Below the pieces are notes generated by a model. The model had not been told where the DNA came from. It saw only the letters and a list, made by a program, of their open reading frames with translations, and searched no databases. Below, in pieces: positions 1 to 10,173 of a DNA stretch of 64,000 nucleotides. The first letter of the stretch is position 1. Every line of letters starts with the position of its first letter. The stretch spans positions 11,098,001 to 11,162,000 of the forward strand of contig NC_043023.1 in assembly GCF_006345805.1 (NCBI RefSeq). The letters are read 5' to 3'. The stretch is from Octopus sinensis. Lineage: Eukaryota. Both the position numbers and the translations under genes were made by a program.

Positions 1-108
1 CATAACATAGAGTGAAATGAATATTTTTAAATGAAATTTTCAGGTGGTGTAGATTACAATTATATCATGAATAAAATACGGTGCGCACACATACATACTG
101 ATATACAT

Positions 109-112
<4 letters not shown>

Positions 113-182
<70 letters not shown>
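113..182. repeat. (TA)n microsatellite
   Basis: Long pure TA run; others at about 8565-8605, 8770-8830, 22270-22312, 24125-24161 and 51535-51585. Confidence 0.95.
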
Positions 183-184
<2 letters not shown>

Positions 185-353
185 AAATTTAAAGGACTGA
201 CCACTAAAAGTGGACGGTCAATATGCTAGATATAGACGTCAAAATCGCTATTTTCCACCAAGAATGTGTTCTCAAGAGAAAACTCAGTACATTGACGTCT
301 ATATCTAGCATATTGACCGTCCACTTTTAGTTGTCAGTCCTTTAAATTTTGTA
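181..353. repeat. Fold-back inverted repeat (62-bp arms, 49-nt spacer) between (TA)n tracts
   Basis: 181-242 vs 292-353, two mismatches. Confidence 0.9.
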
Positions 354-470
354 TGTAAAAAATATTTTAATCTTCATATTTTTTTAATATGCTGGGCCAC
401 TGGTTTTAATTGATTAATATCAATTTCTACCCTTATTCAACTATATATATATATATATATATATATACAC

Positions 471-983
471 CCGTAAATCTTCGAGTATAATCCGCATTTT
501 TTTCAAAAAATTTAATGGTCAATATCCCTAGTGCGTACTATATACGAGGTTAAAAATGAAAATCATTTCCTAAGCAATGTCCGAGTCTCTATTTGCTGTC
601 CGGCAATGTTTATTCAGATGCATTTTGCGATGTCGGGCGTGAAAATACCTTAAAGCTAAGCCTGAAAGCAATGAAGTCATAAAAGAATCATCCATAACTT
701 GCAGTAAGCAACATTTATTAAACGTTATTACTGTTATTTCTTTATTTTCTGCAAACAAAATGCACAAAAAAGCTACACGTTTGTATTATGTTATATATAC
801 AATAATAATAAAGGACGTTACCGTATACAGTTTTGCAAACCAAGGATGTTATATAGACCTCCTTGACTCAAGTTAGAGAAGGGGTGCATATTATACACAA
901 GGTTTAGGTTTTTCAGTGGTACAGCCCCCTAAAAATCCCCTGCGTATTATACTCAAGGGCGAACCATACTCGAGGATTTACGG
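471..983. mobile_element. Tc2/pogo-like MITE
   Basis: CCGTAAATC(T/C)TCGAGTAT...ATACTCGAGGATTTACGG|TA termini; partial copies at 26371-26470 and 26692-26817. Confidence 0.75.
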
Positions 984-1013
984 TAATCGGAATCGAACCA
1001 TCTGAAAAGTATT

Positions 1014-1805
1014 TACTCTTTTACTTGTTTCAGTCATTTGACTGCTGCCATGCTGGAGCACCGCCTTTAATCGAGCAACTCGACCCCGGGACTTATTCTT
1101 TTGCAAGCCCAGTACTTATTCTATCGGTCTCTTTTGCCCAACCGCTAAGTAACGGGGACATAAGCACACCAGCATCGGTTGTCAAGCAATGCTAGGGGAC
1201 AAACACAGACACACAAACATACACGCACACAGACATATATATATATATATATATATACATGGCTGTGTGGTAAGTAGCTTGTTTACCAACCACATGGTTC
1301 TGGGTTCAGTCCCACTGCGTGGCACCTTGGGCAAGTGTCTTCTACTATAGCCTCGGGCCAACCAAAGCCTTGTGAGTGGATTTGGTAGACGGAAACTGAA
1401 AGAAGCCCGTCGTTTATATGTATATATATGTGTGTGTGTGTTTGTCCCCCAAGCATTGCTTGACAACCAATGCTGGTGTGTTTATGTCCCCGTCACTTAG
1501 CGTTTTGGCAAAACAGACCGATAGAATAAGTACTGGGCTTACAAAGAATAAGTCCCGGGGTCGAGGTGCTCGATTAAAGGCGGTGCTCCAGCATGGCCGC
1601 AGTCAAATGACTGAAACAAGTAAAAGAGTAAAGAGTAAAAAGAGTAATATACGACGGGCTTCTTTCAGTTTCCATCTACCAAATCCACTCACAAGGCTTT
1701 GGTCGGCCCGAGGCTATAGTAGAAGACACTTGCCCAAGGTACAACGCAGTGGGACTGAACCCGGAAGCATGTGGTTGGTAAACAAGCTACTTACCACACA
1801 GCCAC
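1014..1805. mobile_element. SINE-1 (tRNA-derived, CORE-like): plus copy 1260-1646 nested in a minus copy
   Basis: A-box-like TGGCTGTGTGG, B-box-like GGTTCAGTCCC, CCTTGGGCAAGT, central (TA)n(TG)n, (AAAGAGTA)n tail. Confidence 0.88.
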
Positions 1806-2025
1806 AGACAATTTCACTACAACGTGCCTATTTTTCTGAAAGTTACTGGTAAAACCAAGACAGTGGGATGGAATACACTTGTGTGGGCTTGCTATTTATC
1901 TATTTGGATATTGTAAAGACTGATCAATTATGTGTCTCAACATACGTACCTTTTTATATTGCATATGTCCACTTCCATTGTATTTACTAGAATTTATTAC
2001 AAAAGGTACACATAGGTACAATATA

Positions 2026-3087
2026 GGCGCATGAGTGGCTGTGTGGTAAGTAGCTTGCTTACCAACCACATGGTTCCGGGTTCAGTCCCACTGCGTGGCA
2101 CCTTGGGCAAGTGTCTTCTACTATAGCCTCGGGCCGACCAAAGCCTTGTGAGTGGATTTGTTAGACGGAAACCTAAGAAAAGCCCGTCGTATATATGTAT
2201 ATATATATATGTGTGTGTGTATGTTTGTGTGTCTGTGTTTGTCCCCCTAGCATTGTTTGACAACCGATGCTGGTGTGTTTACGTCCCCGTTACTTAGCGG
2301 TTCGGCAAAAGAGACCGATAGAATAAGTACTGGGCTTACAAAAGAATAAGTCCCGGGGTCGAGTTGCTCGATTAAAGGCAGTGCTCCAGCATGGCCGCAG
2401 TCAAAATGACTGAAACAAGGAAAAGAGAAAAGAGAGAATAGGCGCAGGAGTGGCTGTGTGGTAAGTAGCTTGGTAACCAACCACATGGTTCCGGGTTCAA
2501 TCCCACTGCGTGGCATCTTGGGCAAGTGTCTTCTGCTATAGCCCCGGGCCGACCAATGCCTTGTGAGTGGAAACTGAAAGAAGCCTGTCGTATATATGTG
2601 TATATATATATCTCTCTATATATAAACGGCAGTTTGTCTGTGCGTGTTTCTGCGTGTCTGTTTGGTTGTACCCTCACCCTGACCACGGCTTTCAACCGAT
2701 TCTGATGAAACTTGACACACACATAGCCCAATGTCATAATTCAAAACTAACGCAGCGAAAATTTTGAAAAGTTCCCCCAGTTCTGAAAAAAATCGATAAA
2801 TTCGACATGGGGTCGAGAATCAGAAACACAAACCACAGTCTGTCTAGGGGACGCAACTCGACCTTTTTAACTCTCAAAAAAAATTTACCATCTTTTTTCC
2901 CCCATTTTTTGGCTATAACTCTCTAAAAATGCTTTATAGTTATTTCCCTTACAAACCCGAGCAACGCCGGGCGATACTGCTAGTACATATATAAATGTGT
3001 GTGTGTGTGTGTGTATATATATATACGTTTGTGTGTATGTGTTTGTCCCCCTAGCATTGCATGACAACCGATGCTGGTGTGTTTACA
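2026..3087 (+). mobile_element. SINE-1 full copy 2026-2440 plus a second copy split by a Helitron
   Basis: Family consensus; head 2441-2610, 3' half 2990-3087. Confidence 0.85.
2611..2983 (+). mobile_element. Non-autonomous Helitron
   Basis: A|TC start, subterminal hairpin CCCGAGCAACGCCGGG, CTAG|T end, no TSD; sits in a SINE (TA)n tract. Confidence 0.8.
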
Positions 3088-3112
3088 CATTCTACCAGTA
3101 TACGAAGTTTAA

Positions 3113-3331
3113 CCCTTTAGCGTTCAGATTATTCTATCAAACATAATGCCTATTGATTCCCATTGATTTGAATTAATCATGCATTATCTCATATCTTCAA
3201 GAGCTTAATGGTGTAATTATTTAATATAGAATAACATTGTAGGGTAGGTGTGAGAGCCTGGATTTGATCAGTTTGAACATAAAACAGATTAACTATTTTG
3301 GCCGGATATGGCCGGTTTAAATACTAAAGGG
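3113..3331. mobile_element. piggyBac-type MITE (family 2)
   Basis: TTAA|CCCTTTAG...CTAAAGGG|TTAA; reverse copy at 31345-31563. Confidence 0.8.
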
Positions 3332-3547
3332 TTAAAAGTGTTTAGTTAACTAGAAATTGTGTCGTTCAAAGGGAAAAGATCCCTAAAGTTAACTTTGCTT
3401 TTCTTCCTTTCGGAATTGATACAAAAAAAAAAAGATGTAGTGGTTGAACACTGGACCCAACTATTTCCATTTCTACTCCCCTCTAACTACCTCACCAAGG
3501 AAACAAAGAAAAAGTAAAAAGAAAAAAAAAAGAAAAGGGTGATGCTT

Positions 3548-4430
3548 ACGAACCACTTGGTTCCAGGTTCAGTCCCACTGCGTGACACCTTGGGTAAGTG
3601 TCTTCTACTACTGTAGCCTTGGGCTGACCAAAGCCTTGTGAGTGGATTTGGTAGACGGAAACTGTAAGAAGCCCATCGTATGTAGGCGCAGGAGTGGCTG
3701 TGTGGTAAGTAGCTTGCTTACCAACCACATGGTTCCGGTTTCAGTCCCACTGCGTGACACCTTGGGTAAGTGTCTTCTACTGTAGCCTTGGGCTGACCAA
3801 AGCCTTGTGAGTGGATTTGGTAGACGGAAACTGTAAGAAGCCCATCGTATGTAGGCGCAGGAGTGGCTGTGTGGTAAGTAGCTTGCTCACGAACCACATG
3901 GTTCCAGGTTCAGTCCCACTGTGTGGCACCTTGGGCAAGTGTCTTCCACTATAGCCCCAAGCCGACCAAAGCCTTGTGAGTGGATTTGGTAGACGGAAAC
4001 TGTAAGAAGCCCATCGTATGTAGGCGCAGGAGTGGCTGTGTGGTAAGTAGCTTGCTCACGAACCACATGGTTCCAGGTTCAGTCCCACTGTGTGGCACCT
4101 TGGGCAAGTGTCTTCCACTATAGCCCCAAGCCGACCAAAGCCTTGTGAGTGGATTTGGTAGACGGAAACTGAAAGAAGCCCGTCTTATATATGCATATGT
4201 GTGTATATATATTTATGTCTGTGTGTGTTTGTGTCTGTATTTGTACACCAACATCGCTTGACAACCGATGATGGTGTGTTTATGTCCCCGTAACTTAGCG
4301 GTTTGGCAAAAGACACCAATAGAATAAAGTACTAGGCTTACAAAGAATAATTCCTGGGGTCGATTTGCTCGACTAACGGCGGTGCTCCAGCATGGCCACA
4401 GTCACGTGACTGAAACAAGTAAAAGAGTAA
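3548..4430 (+). mobile_element. SINE-1 tandem heads (about 170-bp units) followed by one 3' half
   Basis: Unit repeats at about 3685, 3853 and 4022. Confidence 0.85.
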
Positions 4431-4687
4431 AGAATATGGTAATTAAGCAGCAAGAGGTGGAGGGAGGGAGTTAGGGGTTTTATCTTTTCCTTTATGTTTC
4501 AGCCATTGTAAGACTGTGGCCATGCTGGGGCACAGCTTTGAACAAATTTTTGTCAAAACTTATCAAACCCAGTACTTTGGTATTTATTCTATTGGTCTTT
4601 CTTGCCAAACTGCTAAGTTATGGGGGACATAATCACACCAACTGTGATTGTCAGACAATCGTGGAGCACACACACACACACACACAC

Positions 4688-6417
4688 TTCCGCCAACTCA
4701 ATGACACCTCCTTCTATTCCCCTCTGCCCTCTAACCCCACACGTAGCTACCAACAGACGGTATCCTCTACTGTCCAAGACCTCATCTCGTCCTCCCGTCT
4801 CCCCCGCACCGCATCCAACCTAATTGTGCGAACCCCACGTACCCCCACCATTTACTTCCTCCCCAAAATCCACAAACCCAACAACCCTGGCCGCCCCATC
4901 GTCTCCGCCTGTAACTGCCCCACGGAGCTCATCTCTAAATACCTCGACCGTGTCCTTGCCCCCCTAGTGGCATCTCTTCCCTCCCACATCCACGATACCA
5001 ACCATGCTCTCCGGCTTTTCAACTCTTTCTCCTTTCCTCCCGGCTCCTCCAAAATCCTTTTTACTATGGACATCCAAAGCCTCTATACTGTTATCCCTCA
5101 CCACGAAGGACTGCAGGCCCTTCGACACTTTCTTGACCTCCGCTCTAACCCTGTACCTGACACCTCCACACTCATTCGTCTGGCCGAACTTGTCCTTACT
5201 CTGAACTGCTTCTCGTTCGCGGGCGAGTTCTACCATCAGGTCTCGGGAGTGGCCATGGGAACGCGAATGGGCCCCAACTATGCGAACCTGTTCGTTGGCT
5301 ATGTTGAGGCCCAAATATTCTCCAATTTCACTGGTCCCACTCCTGAACTATATGGTCGTTATATTGACGACATTATCGGTGCCACCTCACTCTCCCGCGA
5401 ACATCTAGATTCCTTCCTCTCTTTCGTCCAATCTTTCCATCCAGCCCTCCACTTCACTTCCATTATCTCCAACACCTCTGTCTCCTTCCTCGACATTTCC
5501 GTTAGCATTCTTCACTCCACTCTTACCACCTCCATTCACTACAAACACACAGACTCACACTCATACCTCAACTTCTCTTCCTCCCACCCAGAACACACCA
5601 AGCTTTCCATCCCCTATTCCCAATTCCTCCGTCTACGTAGGCTCTGTAGTGACGACCATGACTTTGAGACTCAGTCTCAACGTATGGCTCACCACTTCAC
5701 CCTACGTGGATACCCCCTCACCACTATCCACACCGCCCTTGCCAGAGCACGGTCCGTGGACCGTGTATCTGCTCTCTCTCCCCGAACCCGCCCTGTAGTC
5801 TCCCGCCTCCCTTTTCCCCTCACTTACCACCCCACGACCCTACGTCTCCAACGCACCATTCTTCGAGCTTTCCGTCATCTCCAGTCCGACCCGTCCACTT
5901 CACACCTCTTCCCTAACCGACCCCTCCCCTCTTTCAAACGAGCCCACAACCTTCGAGACCTTTTGGTCCATAGCTCCTTCCCTGACCCTACCTCCCAACC
6001 CGGCTCGTTCCCCTGCTCCCGCCCACGTTGCCGCACTTGCCCTTACCTCTCCAACACCACCCGCCTCACTAGCACCCACCATCGACCCTATCCCATCATC
6101 CACTCCTTCACCTGCACCTCCAGCAATATTATCTATTGCATCTCTTGCTCTCTCTGCAATTCCTTGTACATCGGACAAACGGGACGCCGCTTGGCTGACC
6201 GGTTCGCGGAACACCTTCGTGACATCCACCTTGCGAACGACACACCGGTCTCACGCCATTTCCGCTCCACCGGTCACTCCTTGCAACACTATCTGTGTTC
6301 GGTTTGTCCTTACACAGAGGCCATCCGGATTCCCGTTTGCGCCGTGAACAGGAATTAATCTTCTCTCTTCGCTCTTATACGCCATTTGGTCTCAACTCTC
6401 CCCCCCTCCTCATCTAA
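4688..6417 (+). pseudogene. PLE polyprotein with one frameshift at about 6289
   Basis: A -1 shift at 6289 gives LSVFGLSLHRGHPDSRLRREQELIFSLRSYTPFGLN..* (TAA 6415-6417), the usual PLE C-terminus. Confidence 0.85.
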
Positions 6418-6959
6418 CCCCCCTCTCCCCCCTCCTCACCTATCCTTTCTCCCCCCGACCCCTACTTCTTCAGTCCTTCATCCTTTCACCCCTACTCCCC
6501 TTCCCTTCTTCCCTCTTTCTCCCCTCCCTTCCTCTGCTCCCTCACTCCCTCTCTCCCCCTCTCCCTCTTTCCTCCTTCATCCCCCTCCTCCCCTTCCTTC
6601 TCCCCCATCCTCTCCTCTTCCCCCTTCTCCTCCTCCTCTTCTTCCCCTCGCCTTCTCTCCCCCCTCTTCTCCCCCTCCCCCTCTTCTCCTCACTACACCA
6701 CATGACTTTACACATCACATATGATGTGCCATACTAATACACACACCAACTAATACATACTAATACATACCAGTACATACTAATACTTACACCAACCCTA
6801 TACATACACACGTCCAGACCCCGCATACGCACTTATACTCTCTCACACACACACACACACACCTATACATACCAATACGTACTAATACATACTAATACAT
6901 ACTAATACATACACCAACCCCATACATACGCACGTCCAGACCAATCTTACGCACTAATA

Positions 6960-6990
<31 letters not shown>

Positions 6991-7225
6991 CCTTATACAT
7001 ACTAATACATACACCAACCCTATACATACACACATCCAGACCCCTCCCACGCACTTTTAGCTGGTCCCTCAACCCTTTTATCAACCCTATTATCTCCCCT
7101 TATTTCGCTCTCGCGTCTCATGTTTGATCTTTGACCTCTGCCGAAATCAGATCGCCATGTTGATTCGTTAGCTACTGCACGCATTTTTTTTCTCTCCTTC
7201 TTCTGTGTTTTTCTCTCTCTGTGTA

Positions 7226-7263
7226 TCTTTCTGTTGAAGAGCGTAGGCTCGAAACGTTAAAGA
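7226..7263 (+). ncRNA. Minimal type-I hammerhead ribozyme motif (A6U core variant) in PLE 3' terminus
   Basis: UCUUU-CUGUUGA-A-GAGC(GUAG)GCUC-GAA-ACGU-U-AAAGA: stems I and II pair; stem III is a loopless palindrome. Confidence 0.7.
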
Positions 7264-7394
7264 CTTGTTTTATTTATATTTCCTGAGCGCCATACTAATA
7301 CAATTGTTCGTTTGTCTTCCACCTGCCTTCGTCTTTTGTTTATTTTCATAAAGCTTCCCGTTATATATACACACACACACACATAATTAGGATA

Positions 7395-7790
7395 TACTCT
7401 TTTAATTGTTTCAGTCATTTGACTGCGGCCATGATGGAGCACCGCCTTTAATCTAGCAACTCGACCCCAGGACTTATTCTTTGTAAGCCCAGTACTTATT
7501 ATATCGGTCTCTTTTGCCGAACCACTAAGTAACGGGGACATAAACACACCAGCATTGGTTGTCAAGCAATGCTAGAGGGACAAACACAGACACATAAACA
7601 CACACACGCATATATATATACATATATACGACGGGCTTCTTTCAGTTTCCATCTACCAAATCCACTCACAAGGCGTTGGTCGGCCCGGGGCTATAGTAGA
7701 AGACACTTGCCCAAGGTGCCACGCAGTGGGACTGAAACCGGAACCATGTGGTTGGTAAGCAAGCTACTTACCACACAGCCACTCCTGCAC
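7395..7790 (-). mobile_element. SINE-1 full copy
   Basis: Family consensus, reverse complement. Confidence 0.85.
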
Positions 7791-7986
7791 CTATATATAT
7801 ACATAATTAGAATAAAATCATTATTTAATGATTTATCAGTGGCCAGCAAACTAAGAATACCATATTGGTTAATTTATATTAAAATTATAATAAGGGTGCT
7901 AAATGATTTCAACACCAGTCCGCTAGAAATAGACCCCAAATAGTCCATGAACTACTTAGATTATTACTCCAGTACACAAGGCTGTA

Positions 7987-8019
<33 letters not shown>

Positions 8020-8022
<3 letters not shown>

Positions 8023-8555
8023 TGGTTGTATACTGTCAACTTAACATGACAGTCCTGTAAGGGAATTACACCACCCCTGTTTAGCCCTAGGAAACATTGA
8101 CGCTTACTGTCGTCTTTAACACATTTCCTGTGTCCTTATATATATTTACGAAGGGGAGACAAACACCCTCAACAGCTAGGCCTGCATCTAGAGACACGCA
8201 TGTTTCAGGGTCTTGCCTATCATCAGTCTAGAGTAGCAGAGGCCTGCTAGCTGAAGATATTTGTCTAGACTTCGTAAATATATATATATATTTTCAGTGA
8301 AGTTTATTCACTGATCACCAAAATCAGAAATATTAAATTTCTAAATATCTCATAGAGATATGTATGGTGGTGGAGCGATAGAGTGGTTGTAGGAAATGTG
8401 TCAAGGCCGACAGGAAGCGTTTATGCTTCCTAGGGTTAAACAGTGGTGGTGTAATTCCCTTACAGGACTGTCACGTTAAGTTGACAGTATACAACTACTC
8501 TATCACCGTACATATCTCTATGAGATATTTAGAAATTTAATATTTCTGATTTATA
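8020..8555. mobile_element. Rearranged PLE-type terminal fragments with nested inverted repeats
   Basis: About 8022-8092 is inverted at about 8428-8499 and about 8313-8390 at about 8490-8553; contains the 8187-8232 hammerhead; flanked by (TA)n/(GA)n. Confidence 0.55.
8187..8232 (-). ncRNA. Minimal type-I hammerhead ribozyme, canonical core
   Basis: UCUAGA-CUGAUGA-U-AGG(CAAGAC)CCU-GAA-ACAUGCGUGU-C-UCUAGA: GUC cleavage triplet, 6-bp stem I, near-palindromic stem III. Confidence 0.85.
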
Positions 8556-8568
8556 TATATATATATAA

Positions 8569-8607
<39 letters not shown>

Positions 8608-8676
8608 GGAGTAAACACATAAATGTGAAACAATGTGGAAAAAAGAGTACTCAAATACCAGTGGTAGAGTAATATG

Positions 8677-8761
8677 CTTTATTTAAAGCAGCAGAAAATT
8701 CAACAAAACCTGTTACTCTGAGTAACAGGTTTTGTTGAATTTTCTGCTGCTTTAAATAAAG
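8677..8761. repeat. Perfect 42-bp-arm palindrome, 1-nt centre
   Basis: 8677-8718 vs 8720-8761. Confidence 0.92.
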
Positions 8762-8832
<71 letters not shown>

Positions 8833-9039
8833 ATTAGCTTCCTACAGTTTCCATCAACTAAATTCACTCACAAAGCTTTGGTCAGCCCTAAGCTAGAGTA
8901 AAAAACACTTGAACAAGGGGCTGTGTAGTGGGACTGAACCTGCAACCATGTGATTATGATGCAAATTTCTTACCACACAGCCATGCCTGTGCTTACATAA
9001 CAATTCCTTCTTTTATCTTTGTAAAAAAAATGTTTTAGC

Positions 9040-9200
9040 CTTTTCTCTGTTGAATCTCTACTTTTCAAGTATCTTCTATAACTTATATTTTCTCTCTCTT
9101 ATTTCAGAATATCAGATGGCATTCTCATAAAAGAATATTTTTACATCAGATAATCATCCATGTTTGATAATCCCTTGAAGACTAAAAGGAAGTTGTCACA
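9040..9200 (+). other. Conserved upstream acceptor/exon of ZNF-A (exon starts 9108)
   Basis: TTGAATCT..polypyrimidine..ATTTCAG|AATATCAGATG, homologous to the sites upstream of the other four ZNFs; donor not evident. Confidence 0.6.
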
Positions 9201-9572
9201 CAGAAGAGATTTAAAAGGGACATATCTAGCCCAAATATTCTACCTGTTATATTTTCAAACTGGCTAGGTCACACCAACCCTGCAATAAAACAATAAACAT
9301 CGCCTTTTTCAAGCCTAGCCAGGCTCATGGGCCCGGTTTCTGTGGCATATGGGTTCCCCCCAGACAGACAAACACAGCCTTTGTAATGGATAAGGAGAGA
9401 AGTCAGTGAAAAATTTTCAAATGGTAACAAACAAACTTTGATGTATAAAACATAAAACAAAACAAATTACTGGCTGTTTAACCAACAAGTTCATCAATTA
9501 GTTAGTTGGGTAGATAATTAATCAATTGTCTAATAATAAAGGAGCAGAAATGAACCATGTGTGTGTTATTAA

Positions 9573-10046
9573 CCCTTTCGTTACTAACCCGGCTGAAACC
9601 AGCTCTGGCTCTTTAGTACAAATGTCTGGTTTTCAAAAGTTCTGAATTAAAATCTGCCACCAAACCTGAGTCATAATTTACGTCCCTAACTCTAGCTTAA
9701 TGATAACTAAGTTATTTTACTAAATTCTTTGTTATATTTAAAATTAATTGAAAGAAACACATAGCATCTCGACAGAATACGATAACAAAAGGGTTAAAAT
9801 ATATAACAGAGAAACAATTCTTAACCCTTTTGTTACCAACCCTGCTGAAACCACCTCTGGCTCTGTAGTACAAATGTCTTGTTATCATAAATTTTGAATT
9901 AAAATCTTCCACCAAACCTTAGTCACAATTTATGTTCCTAACACTAGCTTAATAATAACTAAGTTATTTTACTAACTTCTTTGTTATATTTAAAATTAAT
10001 TGGAAGAAACACTGAACATCTCAAAATAAATTCAGTAACGAAAGGG
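9573..10046 (+). mobile_element. piggyBac-type MITE tandem dimer
   Basis: TTAA|CCCTTT...AAAGGG|TTAA units 9573-9793 and 9825-10046 with a short spacer. Confidence 0.85.
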
Positions 10047-10173
10047 TTAATATTGGCATAATGGCACTCACTAGACAGTAAAATCAAACGAAAATTTTTT
10101 TTAAAATAGGGAAATATTGTGGTGGAAGAAAAAAAATTACAGGAAAAAATGAATTTTGTGCGACACTTTGAGG

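Larger units (their letters stand above)
4688..7348 (+). mobile_element. Penelope-like retroelement (RT + GIY-YIG endonuclease), 5'-truncated
   Basis: LPKIHK..GRPIVS, GVAMGTRMGPNYANLF and YIDD RT motifs, then IYCISC..YIGQTGR..RFAEH GIY-YIG. Starts at a (CA)n tract; 3' region has a CT-rich tract, tandem repeats and a hammerhead motif. Confidence 0.93.

Noticed and set aside
4538-4687. Hydrophobic, signal-peptide-like N-terminus of the 606-aa ORF
   Set aside because: It starts at TTG and derives from a decayed antisense SINE-1 plus (CA)n fortuitously in frame with the truncated PLE.
6386-6724. Proline/serine-rich 112-aa ORF
   Set aside because: Low-complexity polypyrimidine tract of the PLE 3' region, with a non-ATG start.
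7808-7850. Minus-strand CTGATAA + ATCATT/AATGAT hairpin resembling a hammerhead
   Set aside because: G8 and the GAAA half of the core are missing.
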